DNA from: Eledone cirrhosa
Lineage: Eukaryota
Length of the DNA: 64,000 nt
NCBI GenBank assembly: GCA_964016885.1
Contig: OZ024740.1
Location: forward strand, 442,618,001 to 442,682,000
Direction: 5' to 3'
Shown: one piece after another, positions 14,908-24,600 of the stretch
How positions within the stretch are numbered: the stretch's first letter is position 1
Layout: every line of letters starts with the position of its first letter
The notes under the pieces: model-generated
Seen by the model: only the letters and a program-made list of their open reading frames with translations
What the model was told of the DNA's origin: nothing
Databases searched by the model: none
Translations under genes and position numbers: made by a program

Positions 14908-15651
14908 TCAGGGTTTTTTTTTTGACCTTGAGGTATAACCAGTCAGTAGTTCCTTCAAAGGCTCTGGCGGTTCCGTAAGAGGGGGCAAGGTGACCTTACC
15001 GTTTAAGCAGCACATTGCAGGTGGCTCCCCAGCCCACTTTGTAGCATTGCAGAATTGGCAATTGAAGCGTATCTCGCCTATATTTATGCCAGAGCGCATC
15101 GAGTAATTAACGTTTTGCTCATACTTGAAAGCCCGTAGGTGCCAGTAAGGGCTGTTGGGGCTCGTCACACCACGTGCAGCTTCTCGCCGTCGACTGTTAC
15201 GCTTGAACGTAGAACATTGGTCGTGTGGTTGGTGGGAAGGTCTGGCAGCAATAGCAGAAGCAACATTTGCAATGCTAATGGACCGCCCGTCTGCATCTTC
15301 AGAAGCCATGGAAGTAGTCATAGCCGCAGCGTTCGTAGGAAGGCGAGCCGTCCGTTGTTTTAAACGTTCCAAAGACCTGGAAGCAGCATTAGTCGCATCG
15401 TTTCTAGCCAGGCGCTTCGACCTTTGTTCACGGCTCTCTGAAGCCCTGGAAGAAGCCTGGTATGAAGCCATTTTGGCTAGGCGTGCGGTGCGCTGTTGGA
15501 AACTTTCAGCAGCTCGACATTCTGCTGAACGTAAGGCTGTCTGTGAAAGTCTTGAAGCATTTTCCTCAGAGGACACGTTTGCTATAGTAGCCTTTTGCGC
15601 CACTGGTGACGCGGTATGTCGACTGAGGCGACTTCTCTTTTTAGGTGGCAT
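14908..15651 (-). CDS. Helitron RepHel N-terminal region (247 aa: basic N-terminus, R/A/E/S-rich repeats, Zn-finger), truncated before the Rep domain
   Basis: MPPKKRSRL start, repeated 'RAxESxEQRxxRL' units, and CQFCNATKWAGEPPAMCCLNGKVTLPPLTEPPEPLKELL matching the CxxC...CC..GKV.LP motif of Helitron RepHel. Frame is open; expression unknown. Confidence 0.8.
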   Translation of the reverse strand: MPPKKRSRLSRHTASPVAQKATIANVSSEENASRLSQTALRSAECRAAESFQQRTARLAKMASYQASSRASESREQRSKRLARNDATNAASRSLERLKQRTARLPTNAAAMTTSMASEDADGRSISIANVASAIAARPSHQPHDQCSTFKRNSRRREAARGVTSPNSPYWHLRAFKYEQNVNYSMRSGINIGEIRFNCQFCNATKWAGEPPAMCCLNGKVTLPPLTEPPEPLKELLTGYTSRSKKKP

Positions 15652-15784
15652 TTTATGTCCAAAAGAAAGTGTGAAAGTTACTTCTACAGAAAAATTGACT
15701 TTGAAAGTCTACTGTCTGTTTATGAATATTGTTATTGTTGTTGTGATACAAATGTTAGTAAGTAAATGGGTATCGAAAAATAAA

Positions 15785-16117
15785 GGGTGAAAGTTACTTC
15801 AACATAAAAATTGACTTTGAAAGTATAAGGCTGATAATTGAATGTAAAAAGATTCATAAGAAAGGCCCCCCCAAAAAAAAATTTACAGGTATTTGTATGT
15901 ATGTGTGTATTTTTATGTCGAAAAGAAAGGGTTAAAGTTACTTCTACAGAAAAATTTAGTTTGAAAGTGGAAGGCCGATGTGTGTGTAAATTAAGTGACA
16001 GGTATTTGTATGTATGTGTGTATATGTATGTATGTGTGTATGAAAGTGTAAGGCTGATGTGTGTGTAAATTAAGTGACATGTATTTGTATGTATGTGTGT
16101 ATATGTATGTATGTGTG

Positions 16118-16149
<32 letters not shown>

Positions 16150-16432
16150 TGTATGTATGTATGTATGTATGTATTATGTATGTATGTATGTATGTATGTA
16201 TGTATGTATGTATGTATGTATGTATGTATGTATGTATTAAAGGTTGAAAGTTACTTCAACATAAAAATTGACTTTGGAAGTATAAGGCTGATAATTGAAT
16301 GTAAAAAGATTGATAAGAAAGGCCCCCCAAAAAACTTTACAGGTCTTTGTATGTATGTGTGTATTTTTATGTCGAAAATAAAGGGTTAAAGTTACTTATA
16401 CAGAAAAATATAGTTTGAAAGTGTAAGGCCGA
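15785..16432. repeat. ~190-bp direct repeats (15785-15980 and 16240-16432) flanking a (TGTA)n tract in the Helitron 5' non-coding region
   Basis: gaaagttacttcaacataaaaattgacttt...aagaaaggccccccaaaaa...aaagttactt.tacagaaaaat occurs twice; a partial copy lies at ~15671. Confidence 0.9.
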
Positions 16433-17107
16433 TTGAAAAACTTACAGTTTAGTAAATGAAAGTCAGCTTGGAAATGGAGTTTGAACGCGCTAATACAAAC
16501 ACACACACATATATCCGTCTTTTAGTGTGTCTGTTTATCATTATATCCCTCTTTATCATTATATGCTATTGTTATTTCTAAAACAAACTGTGTATGCGTT
16601 GATTGATTGAAATTCCCGCGTTCCTGTTTCTATGACGTCAATCGTAACCATACCAACATATATGTGTGTGTATGCACCCACATATATGTGTGTATATGTT
16701 TTTTTTCAATGTTTCTCTTTTTCACAAACACTTATAAGAGAAGGTACCAATTTTAAGGGGAAGTGATGAAGGGAGTAGATATAGGAAACGTATATCATAT
16801 GAGAGAGGAGAAATTATCGATTGTTGAAATAAATCGATTTTTCCGTAATTGTGGCATTTTTTTACCCAATAAGTTCGCCCATGACCCAAGTTAGAATATT
16901 TGTAAACATTCTGCTTAATTATTCATTCAATATTTTTGGAATTGTGTAAATGTATAAAATTGAAACATACATACAGACACAAAAATCTGCCTTTTATAGA
17001 TAATGATATTTATTTAGGTTTGAAGGTTCACCACTGGATAGAGCTGGTCAATTCCGTATGGTCAATCTTGATGTAATAATATGGAGAGTAATCAACGTAA
17101 AGCAGTT

Positions 17108-17193
<86 letters not shown>

Positions 17194-17195
<2 letters not shown>

Positions 17196-17241
17196 GACTG
17201 AGTGCTCTACCACTACGGACATTACCTTCCAGCGTTCTACC
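17194..17241 (+). mobile_element. 48-bp inverted copy of the PLE 3' terminus at 19158-19204
   Basis: tggactgagtgctctaccactacggacattaccttccagcgttctacc is the near reverse complement of ggtagaacactggaaggtaaacccgtagtggtagagcactcagtcca; sits in (TA)n. Confidence 0.8.
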
Positions 17242-17288
17242 TTTCTCTCTATATACTGTATATATATATAATATATATATATAGAGAG

Positions 17289-17400
17289 AGAAGTGGCTTC
17301 AACAGGACTAGAACTGTTTCATTCGAAGGAAATCATCAGCAAAGCTTTCCGGATGATTTCCTTCGAATGAAACAGTTCTAGTCCTGTAGAAGCCATTTCT
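17289..17400. ncRNA. Loop-less 112-bp palindrome of two head-to-head hammerhead motifs
   Basis: Centre AAAG|CTTT, 4 mismatches. Plus arm: ctttc-CGGATGA-t-ttc-cttc-gaa-t-GAAA-cag-ttctagtc-ctg-TA-gaag. Minus arm has intact CTGATGA and a GTT triplet. The consensus of the two arms is a complete core. Confidence 0.7.
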
Positions 17401-17469
17401 AAATTAAATATTTATACTCTGCTATGTATTGAGTACCTTACTGTGGTTACCCCCAATTCAACCCGAGAT

Positions 17470-17534
<65 letters not shown>

Positions 17535-17711
17535 CGAGGGTCGGCTAAAAGGTTCATAGGCTGACTATGATGGAGTGATGCTAGAGCGGTGAAATCTTGC
17601 ATGCATTAATTTCAATTCTTCTTATTAATAACTACATTGTTTCTTTCCAGGGAACATGTTGAAAAATAAACCTCATTTGGTTATTCCCCGATGAACTTTT
17701 CAGCCGGGGTA
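17535..17711 (+). mobile_element. Tc1/mariner-type MITE or deletion derivative
   Basis: TA|CGAGGGTCGGCTAAAAGGTTCAT ... ATGAACTTTTCAGCCG form imperfect terminal inverted repeats with a mariner-like CGAGGG end after TA. The right end is degraded into a tandem repeat. Confidence 0.65.
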
Positions 17712-17812
17712 CTATCCAACTTCTCAGCCGGGATACTATCCAACTTTTCAGCCGGGGTACTATCTAGCTTTCCAGCCGTGGTTCTATCGAAATTCTCAGC
17801 CGGGGTGCTACG
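17694..17812. repeat. 24-bp minisatellite x5 (AACTTTTCAGCCGGGGTACTATCC)
   Basis: Directly visible (ORF 17691 NFSAGVLS repeats); the first unit overlaps the MITE right TIR. Confidence 0.92.
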
Positions 17813-18339
17813 GTATCCAAAAAGCATAATCTTAAATGCAACAACTGTTGAAAACACTTCTTTTAAAGGAACACACTATTATTTGAAAGGTTCTACAAAC
17901 CTTATATATATATATGTATGTATATATATAAGGGTATAATAATCAAACTGGACAACACTTTGGCTTATGTCAGAAACTGTGACCCCGGATAGATCAGCAG
18001 TACCGTTGTTAGCGGTCGAAACTGCCAAAGTCCATCCCAAAAGCCGATGCCATGGAGTTCTGTGTATTATTATTTTAAAAATATATTTTTTAAAGGTTTC
18101 CCCTTTCAAAAAAAGTTTTTCGTTTTGCCCTGTTTTCGGTTGTTGTCTTGTCCTCTCTTTGTCAATTTTCCTAAGTTTATCATTAAACACACACACACAC
18201 ATATATATATGTGTGTGTGTGTATGTGTGTGTGTATGTGTATGTGTGTGTGTGTGTGTGTGTTTGTGTGTGTGTGTACGTATTGTATATTTAATAATATA
18301 CTGTATAATAAACATACAGTCTATTATTAAATTGCCAAA

Positions 18340-18522
18340 AAATTATGATGCGCTTTCATCAGATAAAATACAGATTTGTTTTATTGGCATACCCGGAAAA
18401 AAGACAACCTTCACGGTTGGAGCTATCCAGAAAAGGAAGCTTCAACCGTTAAGGTTGTCTTTTTTCCGGGTATGTCAATAAAACAAGTCTGTATTTCATC
18501 TGATGAAAGCGCACCATAATTT
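18340..18522. repeat. Inverted repeat, 85-bp arms (18340-18424 and 18438-18522), 13-nt spacer
   Basis: aaattatgatgcgctttcatcagataaaatacag...ggttggagct versus agcttcaacc...ctgtatttcatctgatgaaagcgcaccataattt. Confidence 0.92.
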
Positions 18523-18557
18523 GCCTTGGTTGCCCTTGAAATATATATAATAAAATA
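18492..18557 (+). ncRNA. Minimal type-I hammerhead ribozyme (slightly decayed helix II)
   Basis: tatttcat-CTGATGA-aagcgcacc...ggttgccctt-GAAA-tatata-TA-ataaaata: helix I pairs 7/8 (8/8 using the left-arm variant tattttat), palindromic ATATATAT helix III, AUA triplet. Predicted cleavage after 18549. Confidence 0.68.
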
Positions 18558-18595
18558 AATATGGTTTTATAAATATAGTTTCCATTTATTAATAT

Positions 18596-19155
<560 letters not shown>

Positions 19156-19610
19156 GTGGTAGAACACTGGAAGGTAAACCCGTAGTGGTAGAGCACTCAG
19201 TCCATGGGATGAGTTTGGTGAAAGTGGTTACACAACAGTTAGTTCACCATACAGAGAACAATTGTTTCACCGTAGCCGAAAGTCCGAAGATTTCTGGTTG
19301 ATAAGAAAATTAGGATGTTGTTGTAATTCAATCCGGAGCTTTGTAGTTATGTAAAAGGTGTTTCCAGACGTGTGGACAACGTGTGAAGAATTCATTTCTC
19401 CTGTTTAGGCAATCACTCCAGCGTAATCTCTTTAGAATATTTATTCGTTCATCAATACATGGTCCACACGACGGATTGCCCCTTGCGTATGGCTTGGACT
19501 TAGTGATGGCTTTCCATTGAATGGAGTAGTCTATACTTGAGTCCTTGAGGGACCATACGTGGCTCGCGAGTTTCGTGGATGAACGTCTGTCCGGGTACCT
19601 AAAGGTCGAT
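19156..19610 (-). mobile_element. 5'-truncated Penelope-like retroelement (endonuclease C-terminus plus 3' pLTR) in (TA)n
   Basis: Coding remnant 19609-19328 followed by ~170 nt containing a partial HHR (GAAA-caattg-TT-ctctg, ~19252-19268); TA-rich sequence on both sides. Confidence 0.8.
19328..19609 (-). pseudogene. C-terminal part of a PLE GIY-YIG endonuclease (absent from the ORF track: no start codon)
   Basis: Manual translation is stop-free: STFRYPDRRSSTKLASHVWSLKDSSIDYSIQWKAITKSKPYARGNPSCGPCIDERINILKRLRWSDCLNRRNEFFTRCPHVWKHLLHNYKAPD*. The ST.L..hW.LK...Y.I.W...Y...CxxC..E...I...LN.R.E....CxH pattern is typical of PLE endonucleases (Naiad-like, from recall). Confidence 0.82.
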
Positions 19611-19642
19611 ATATTATATATATATTTATATAAATATATTCC

Positions 19643-19773
19643 TTTTATTCAGGCTACATGGAACAGTTCTTCTCTGATGGCTGCGATAAACAGGCAAAAA
19701 TTCAGTGACACACAAGACTCACTATTTAGCCTGAATAAAATGAATATCAAAATTCTACTTCGGTATTGAGTAC
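19643..19773 (+). other. Degenerate hammerhead-like module
   Basis: Perfect 14-bp IR ttttattcaggcta/tagcctgaataaaa encloses CTGATGG-c-tgc...gca-AAAA and an agtga/tcact stem. Both core boxes are one base off consensus; GTATTGAGTAC follows. Confidence 0.4.
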
Positions 19774-19776
19774 TCT

Positions 19777-19778
<2 letters not shown>

Positions 19779-19846
<68 letters not shown>

Positions 19847-19853
19847 TCTCTCT
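19779..19853. repeat. (CT)n microsatellite
   Basis: Directly visible. Confidence 0.97.
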
Positions 19854-20240
19854 GTGGTTTAAACAATAAACTAATGTTAATGCAAAAGTATGTGGAAACG
19901 TTGCCAAAAAAAAAACAATTATACAAAATTCATTGTATAAAAACAAATTGACGTAAAAAATACAATAACAACTGAAAGACAATTGTAGAAGAAAGAAAAA
20001 CAAGAGCAATATTAATAATACTAATAATACTAATAATACTAATAATGGAAGCTTGCTTAGGAAAAGAGCTCGGATAAGAAAGAGAAAAATCCTCGACAGT
20101 TATTCCCGGCTTCAGAAGTATGGATTACATTAGTACTGGGGATGGAATCCAGTGAGAATCTATTTTGTTCGAGCGAAAAATATTTAATGTAACTGGCAGT
20201 GTAAACAGATATGATATGTACAACAACACAGTAACACATC

Positions 20241-20297
20241 GTGGTGGTGGTGGTGGTGGTGGTGATGGTGATAGTGGTGGTGGTGTTGGGGTTGTTG

Positions 20298-20329
<32 letters not shown>

Positions 20330-20466
20330 GGTGGTGGTGGTGGTAGTGTTGGTGGTGGTGGGGGGTGACAGTTGTGTTACTATTGGTTTTAGTTAGTGGT
20401 GGTAGTAGTGAAGAAGAAGAAGAAGAAGAAGAAGAAGAAGAAGAAGAAGAAGAAGAAGAAGAAGAA
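20241..20466. repeat. Compound trinucleotide microsatellite (GGT)n/(GTT)n/(GAA)n
   Basis: Directly visible. Confidence 0.96.
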
Positions 20467-20988
20467 GGAAAATATAAAAGTACAATAAAAGCAACACAGA
20501 CGTTGCCGTCTGTACAATAACTAATGTATTCCCAGAAGAGAGTTGCTGTATTTTTTGTTCGACTAGTGAAGGATATTGCTGATCCCCGTGGAGGAAACAG
20601 CAGAAGCAAACCACCAATAAATTCGAGAAAGAAAAATGCCCGGAATAAATAGAGAATACTAGACGAATAATGGAGCAATGATATTTAGGTCGAGACTATT
20701 TAATTGAGTATCATGAATGAAGTTGATAGAGGTCGACGATTTAGTTTTTACCATTCATTCTCTATCTCAATCGATGCGTTAACATGATAGCTCATTACAT
20801 TATATTAGAGCTTAAGCAGTTTACAAGCTGTTTAGATTTGTCTGGGGGTTGCTATCACCTAAAATAAGATTTCTGTAGGGATTTAATAATTCTACATCTT
20901 ATCGTCTGCTTTCTTTGACTTAAATTTATTACGTTTAATATGTATTCAATCTAGTATATCTTGCACACTGAATGTGTAGTTGATATCA

Positions 20989-21400
20989 TTTCTTCTTCTT
21001 CTTCTTCTTCTTCTTCTTCTTCTTCTTCTTCTTCTTCTTCTTCTTCTTCTTCTTCTTCTTCTTCTTCTTCTTCTTCTTTTTCCTGAGAGGGTCTTGGGGG
21101 TAGAGTCCTTAATTACTCATTCTCGTGGGTCCTGTCAGAAGCACCCGTCTCCAATTGATCCGGCTAGATACCCAAGCGAGACCAGTGAAGCTCATGGATG
21201 TTATCCGCTCAGCAGCTTGGGGTTTATCCCTGGGTCTCTCACCGATTGGGTCTGCCCGTAAAATCTGTCCAGCGATATTCTAACCACATACACATAGTAT
21301 CGGAGCTGTGATCTCTCAATTCGGCGCAGTAGCGGTTCTACCTGGAGAGATTCTCTGATCTCCGAGCTACACACTGTCGAGTAACGTTACTCCAAAGACC
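20989..21400 (-). mobile_element. 3' end of an RTE-clade LINE with a (GAA)~30 tail
   Basis: Minus strand translates, with frameshifts and stops, GVTLLD / SSEIRESLQVEPLLRRIERSQLRYYVYVVR / PIGERPRDKP / DNIHELHWSRLGI*PDQLE / LRTLPPRP, resembling the RTE/Expander ORF C-terminus. It runs directly into the (TTC)n tract at 20989-21078. Confidence 0.8.
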
Positions 21401-21606
21401 TTTTTGGTGGAACCCCATTCCTGATCTTATTTAAACACGGTTTTATTACTCTAAAGATGTACAATGGTTCAGCTCTGTTGAGTCATGTTATTTAAATATA
21501 TGGAACAAATTACGTTTTGTTTAGTTTTAAATCTTGTAAGTTTGTGTTGAGGTTAGGAAATATATGTGAAGAGGAAATATGTCGTTGGCAGCCTAAAGTA
21601 CATAAA

Positions 21607-24600
21607 ACCTTACATGTGAAGTACATGAGTGTAGAGACCGTTACATTACATGCGACGTACATGACTGTATAGACAGTTACCTGACACGTGAAGTACATGA
21701 CGGTAGAGACAGTTACCTCACATGTAAAGTACATGACTGTAGAGACAGTTACCTGACATGTGAAGTACATGACTGTAGAGACAGTTAATTTACATGTGAA
21801 ATACATGACTGTAGAGACAGTTACCTTACATGTGAAGTACATGATTGTAGAGACAGTTACCTTACATGTGAAGTACATGAGTGTAGAGAGAGTTACCTTA
21901 CATGTGAAGTACATGACTGTAGAGACAGTTACCTTACATGTGAAGTACATGATTGTAGAGACAGTTACCTTATATGTGAAGTACATGATTGTAGAGACAG
22001 TTAACTTACATGTGAAGTACATGAGTGTAGATAGAGTTAACTTACATGTGAAGTACATGACTGTAGAGATAGTTATCTTACATGTGAAGTACATGACTGT
22101 AGAGACAGTTACCTTACATGTGAAGTACATGACTGTAGAGACTGTTACCTTACATGGGAAGTACATGAGTGTAGAGACAGTTACCTTACATGTGAAGTAC
22201 ATGACTGTAGAGACAGTTACCTTACATGTGAAATACATAACTGTAGAGACAATTTCCTTACATGTGAAGTACATGACTGTAGAGACAGGTACATTACATG
22301 TGAAGTACATGACTGTAGAGAGAGGTACCTTACATGTGAAGTACATGACTGTAGAGACAGTTCCGTTACATGTGAAGTACATGAGTGTAGATTCGGTTAC
22401 CTTACATGTGAAGTACATGACTGTACATACAGTTACCTTACATGTGAAGTACATGAGTGTAGAGATAGTTACATTACATGTGATGTACATGACTGTAGTA
22501 ACAGTTACCTTACATGTGAAGTACATGACTGTAGAGACAGTTACCTTACATCTGAAGTACATGGCTGTAGAGACTGTTACGTTACATGGGAAGTACATGA
22601 GTGTAGAGACAGTTAACTTACATGTGAAGTACATGACTGTAGAGACAGGTATCTTACATGTGAAGTACATGAGTGTAGAGACAGTTACCTTACATGTGAA
22701 GGACATGACCGTAGAGACAGTTACCTTACATGTTGATACATGACTGTAGAGACAGCTCCGTTACATGTGAAGTACATGACTGTAGAGACAGTTACCTTAC
22801 ATGTAAAGTACATGACTATAGAGACAGTTACCTTACATGTGAAGTACATGACCGTAGCGACAGTTAACTTACATGTGAAGTACATGACTGTAGAGACAGT
22901 TACCTTACATGTGGAGTACATGACCATAGAGACAGTTACCTTACATGTGAAATACATGACTGTAGAGACAGTTACCTTACATGTGTAGTACATGACTATA
23001 GAGACAGTTACCCCACATGTGTAGTACATGACTATAGAGACAGTTACCTTACATGTGAAGTACATGAGTGTAGAGACAGTTACCTTACATGTGTAGTACA
23101 TGACTATAGAGACAGTTACCTTACATGTGAAGTACATGACTGTAGAGACAGTTACCTTACATGTAAAGTACATGATTATAGAGACAGTTACCTTACATGT
23201 GAAGTACATGACTGTAGAGACAGTTAGCTTACATGTGAAGTACATGACTGTAGAGACAGTTAGCTTACATGTGAAGTACATGACTGTAGAGACAGTTAGC
23301 TTACATGTGAAGTACATGACTGTAGAGACAGTTACCTTACATGTGAAGTACATGACTGTAGAGACAGTTAGCTTACATGTGAAGTACATGACTGTAGAGA
23401 CAATTACCTTACATGTGAAGTACATGACTGTAGAGACAGTTACCTTACATGTGAAGTACATGAGTGTAGAGAGAGTTACCTTACATGTGATATACATGAC
23501 TGTAGAGACTGTTACCTTACATGTGAAGTACATGACTGTAGAGAAAGTTAACTTGCATTGGAAGTACATGAGTGTAGAGACAGTTAGTTTATATGTGAAG
23601 TACATGAGTGTAGAGACAGTTAGTTTATATGTGAAGTACATGACTGTAGAGACAGGTACCTAACATTGGAATTACATGAGTGTAGAGAGAGTTACCTTAC
23701 ATGTGAAGTACATGACTGTAGAGATAGTTACCTTACATGTGAAGTACATGACTGTAGAGACAGTTAGCTTACGTGTGAAGTACATGACTGTAGAGACAGT
23801 TACCTTACATGTGAAGTACATGAGTGTAGAGACAGTTACCTTACATGTGAAGTACATGACTGTAGAGACAGTTACCTTACATGTGAAGTACACGACTGTA
23901 GAGACAGTTTCCTTACATGTGAAGTACACGACTGTAGAGACAGTTTCCTTACATGTGAAGTACATGAATGTAGAGACAGTTACCTTACATGCGAAGTACA
24001 TGACTGTAGAGACAGTTACCTTACATGTGAAGTACATGACTGTAGAGACAGTTACCTTACATGTGAAATACATGACTGTAGAGACAGTTAACTTACATGT
24101 GAAGTACATTAGTGTAGAGAGAGTTACCTTACATGTGAAATACATGACTGTAGAGACAGTTAACTTACATGTGAAGTACATGAGTGTAGAGAGAGTTACC
24201 TTACATGTGAAGTACATGAGTGTAGAGACAGTTACCTTACATGTGAAGTACATGACTGTAGAGACATTTACCTTACATGTGAAGTACATGACTGTAGAGA
24301 TAGATACCTTACATGTGAAGTACATGAGTGTAGAGACAGTTACCTTACATGTGAAGTACATGAGTGTAGAGACAGTTACCTTACATGTGAAGTACATGAG
24401 TGTAAAGACAGTTACCTTACATGTGAAGTACATGACTGTAGAGAGAGTTACCTTACATGTGAAGTACATGACTGTAGAGACAGTTACCTTACATGTGAAG
24501 TACATGACTGTAGAGACAGTTACCTTATATGTGAAGTACATGAGTGTAGAGACAGTTACCTTACATGTGAAGTACATGAGTGTAGAGACAGTTACCTTAT

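Larger units (their letters stand above)
13316..17006 (-). mobile_element. Helitron (rolling-circle transposon), internally deleted and non-autonomous
   Basis: The 3' end on the minus strand has hairpin CCCGAGCAACGCCGGG (13343-13328) then CTAG|T (13319-13316). Candidate 5' A|TC lies at 17006 (alternative 17000: TCTATAAAAGGCAG). It encodes RepHel N-terminal Zn-finger and Pif1 helicase remnants. Confidence 0.92.

Noticed and set aside
13521-15790. Plus-strand ORFs (13521, 13763, 14208, 14421, 15155)
   Set aside because: Antisense shadows of the Helitron coding sequence with no recognisable motifs.
16633-16640. TGACGTCA CRE site (also at ~12295)
   Set aside because: Isolated 8-mers in or next to TE sequence with no associated gene; may be chance.
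20165-21261. Poly-G/V/H/Q/S/L ORFs
   Set aside because: Trinucleotide microsatellites and the antisense of the RTE tail.
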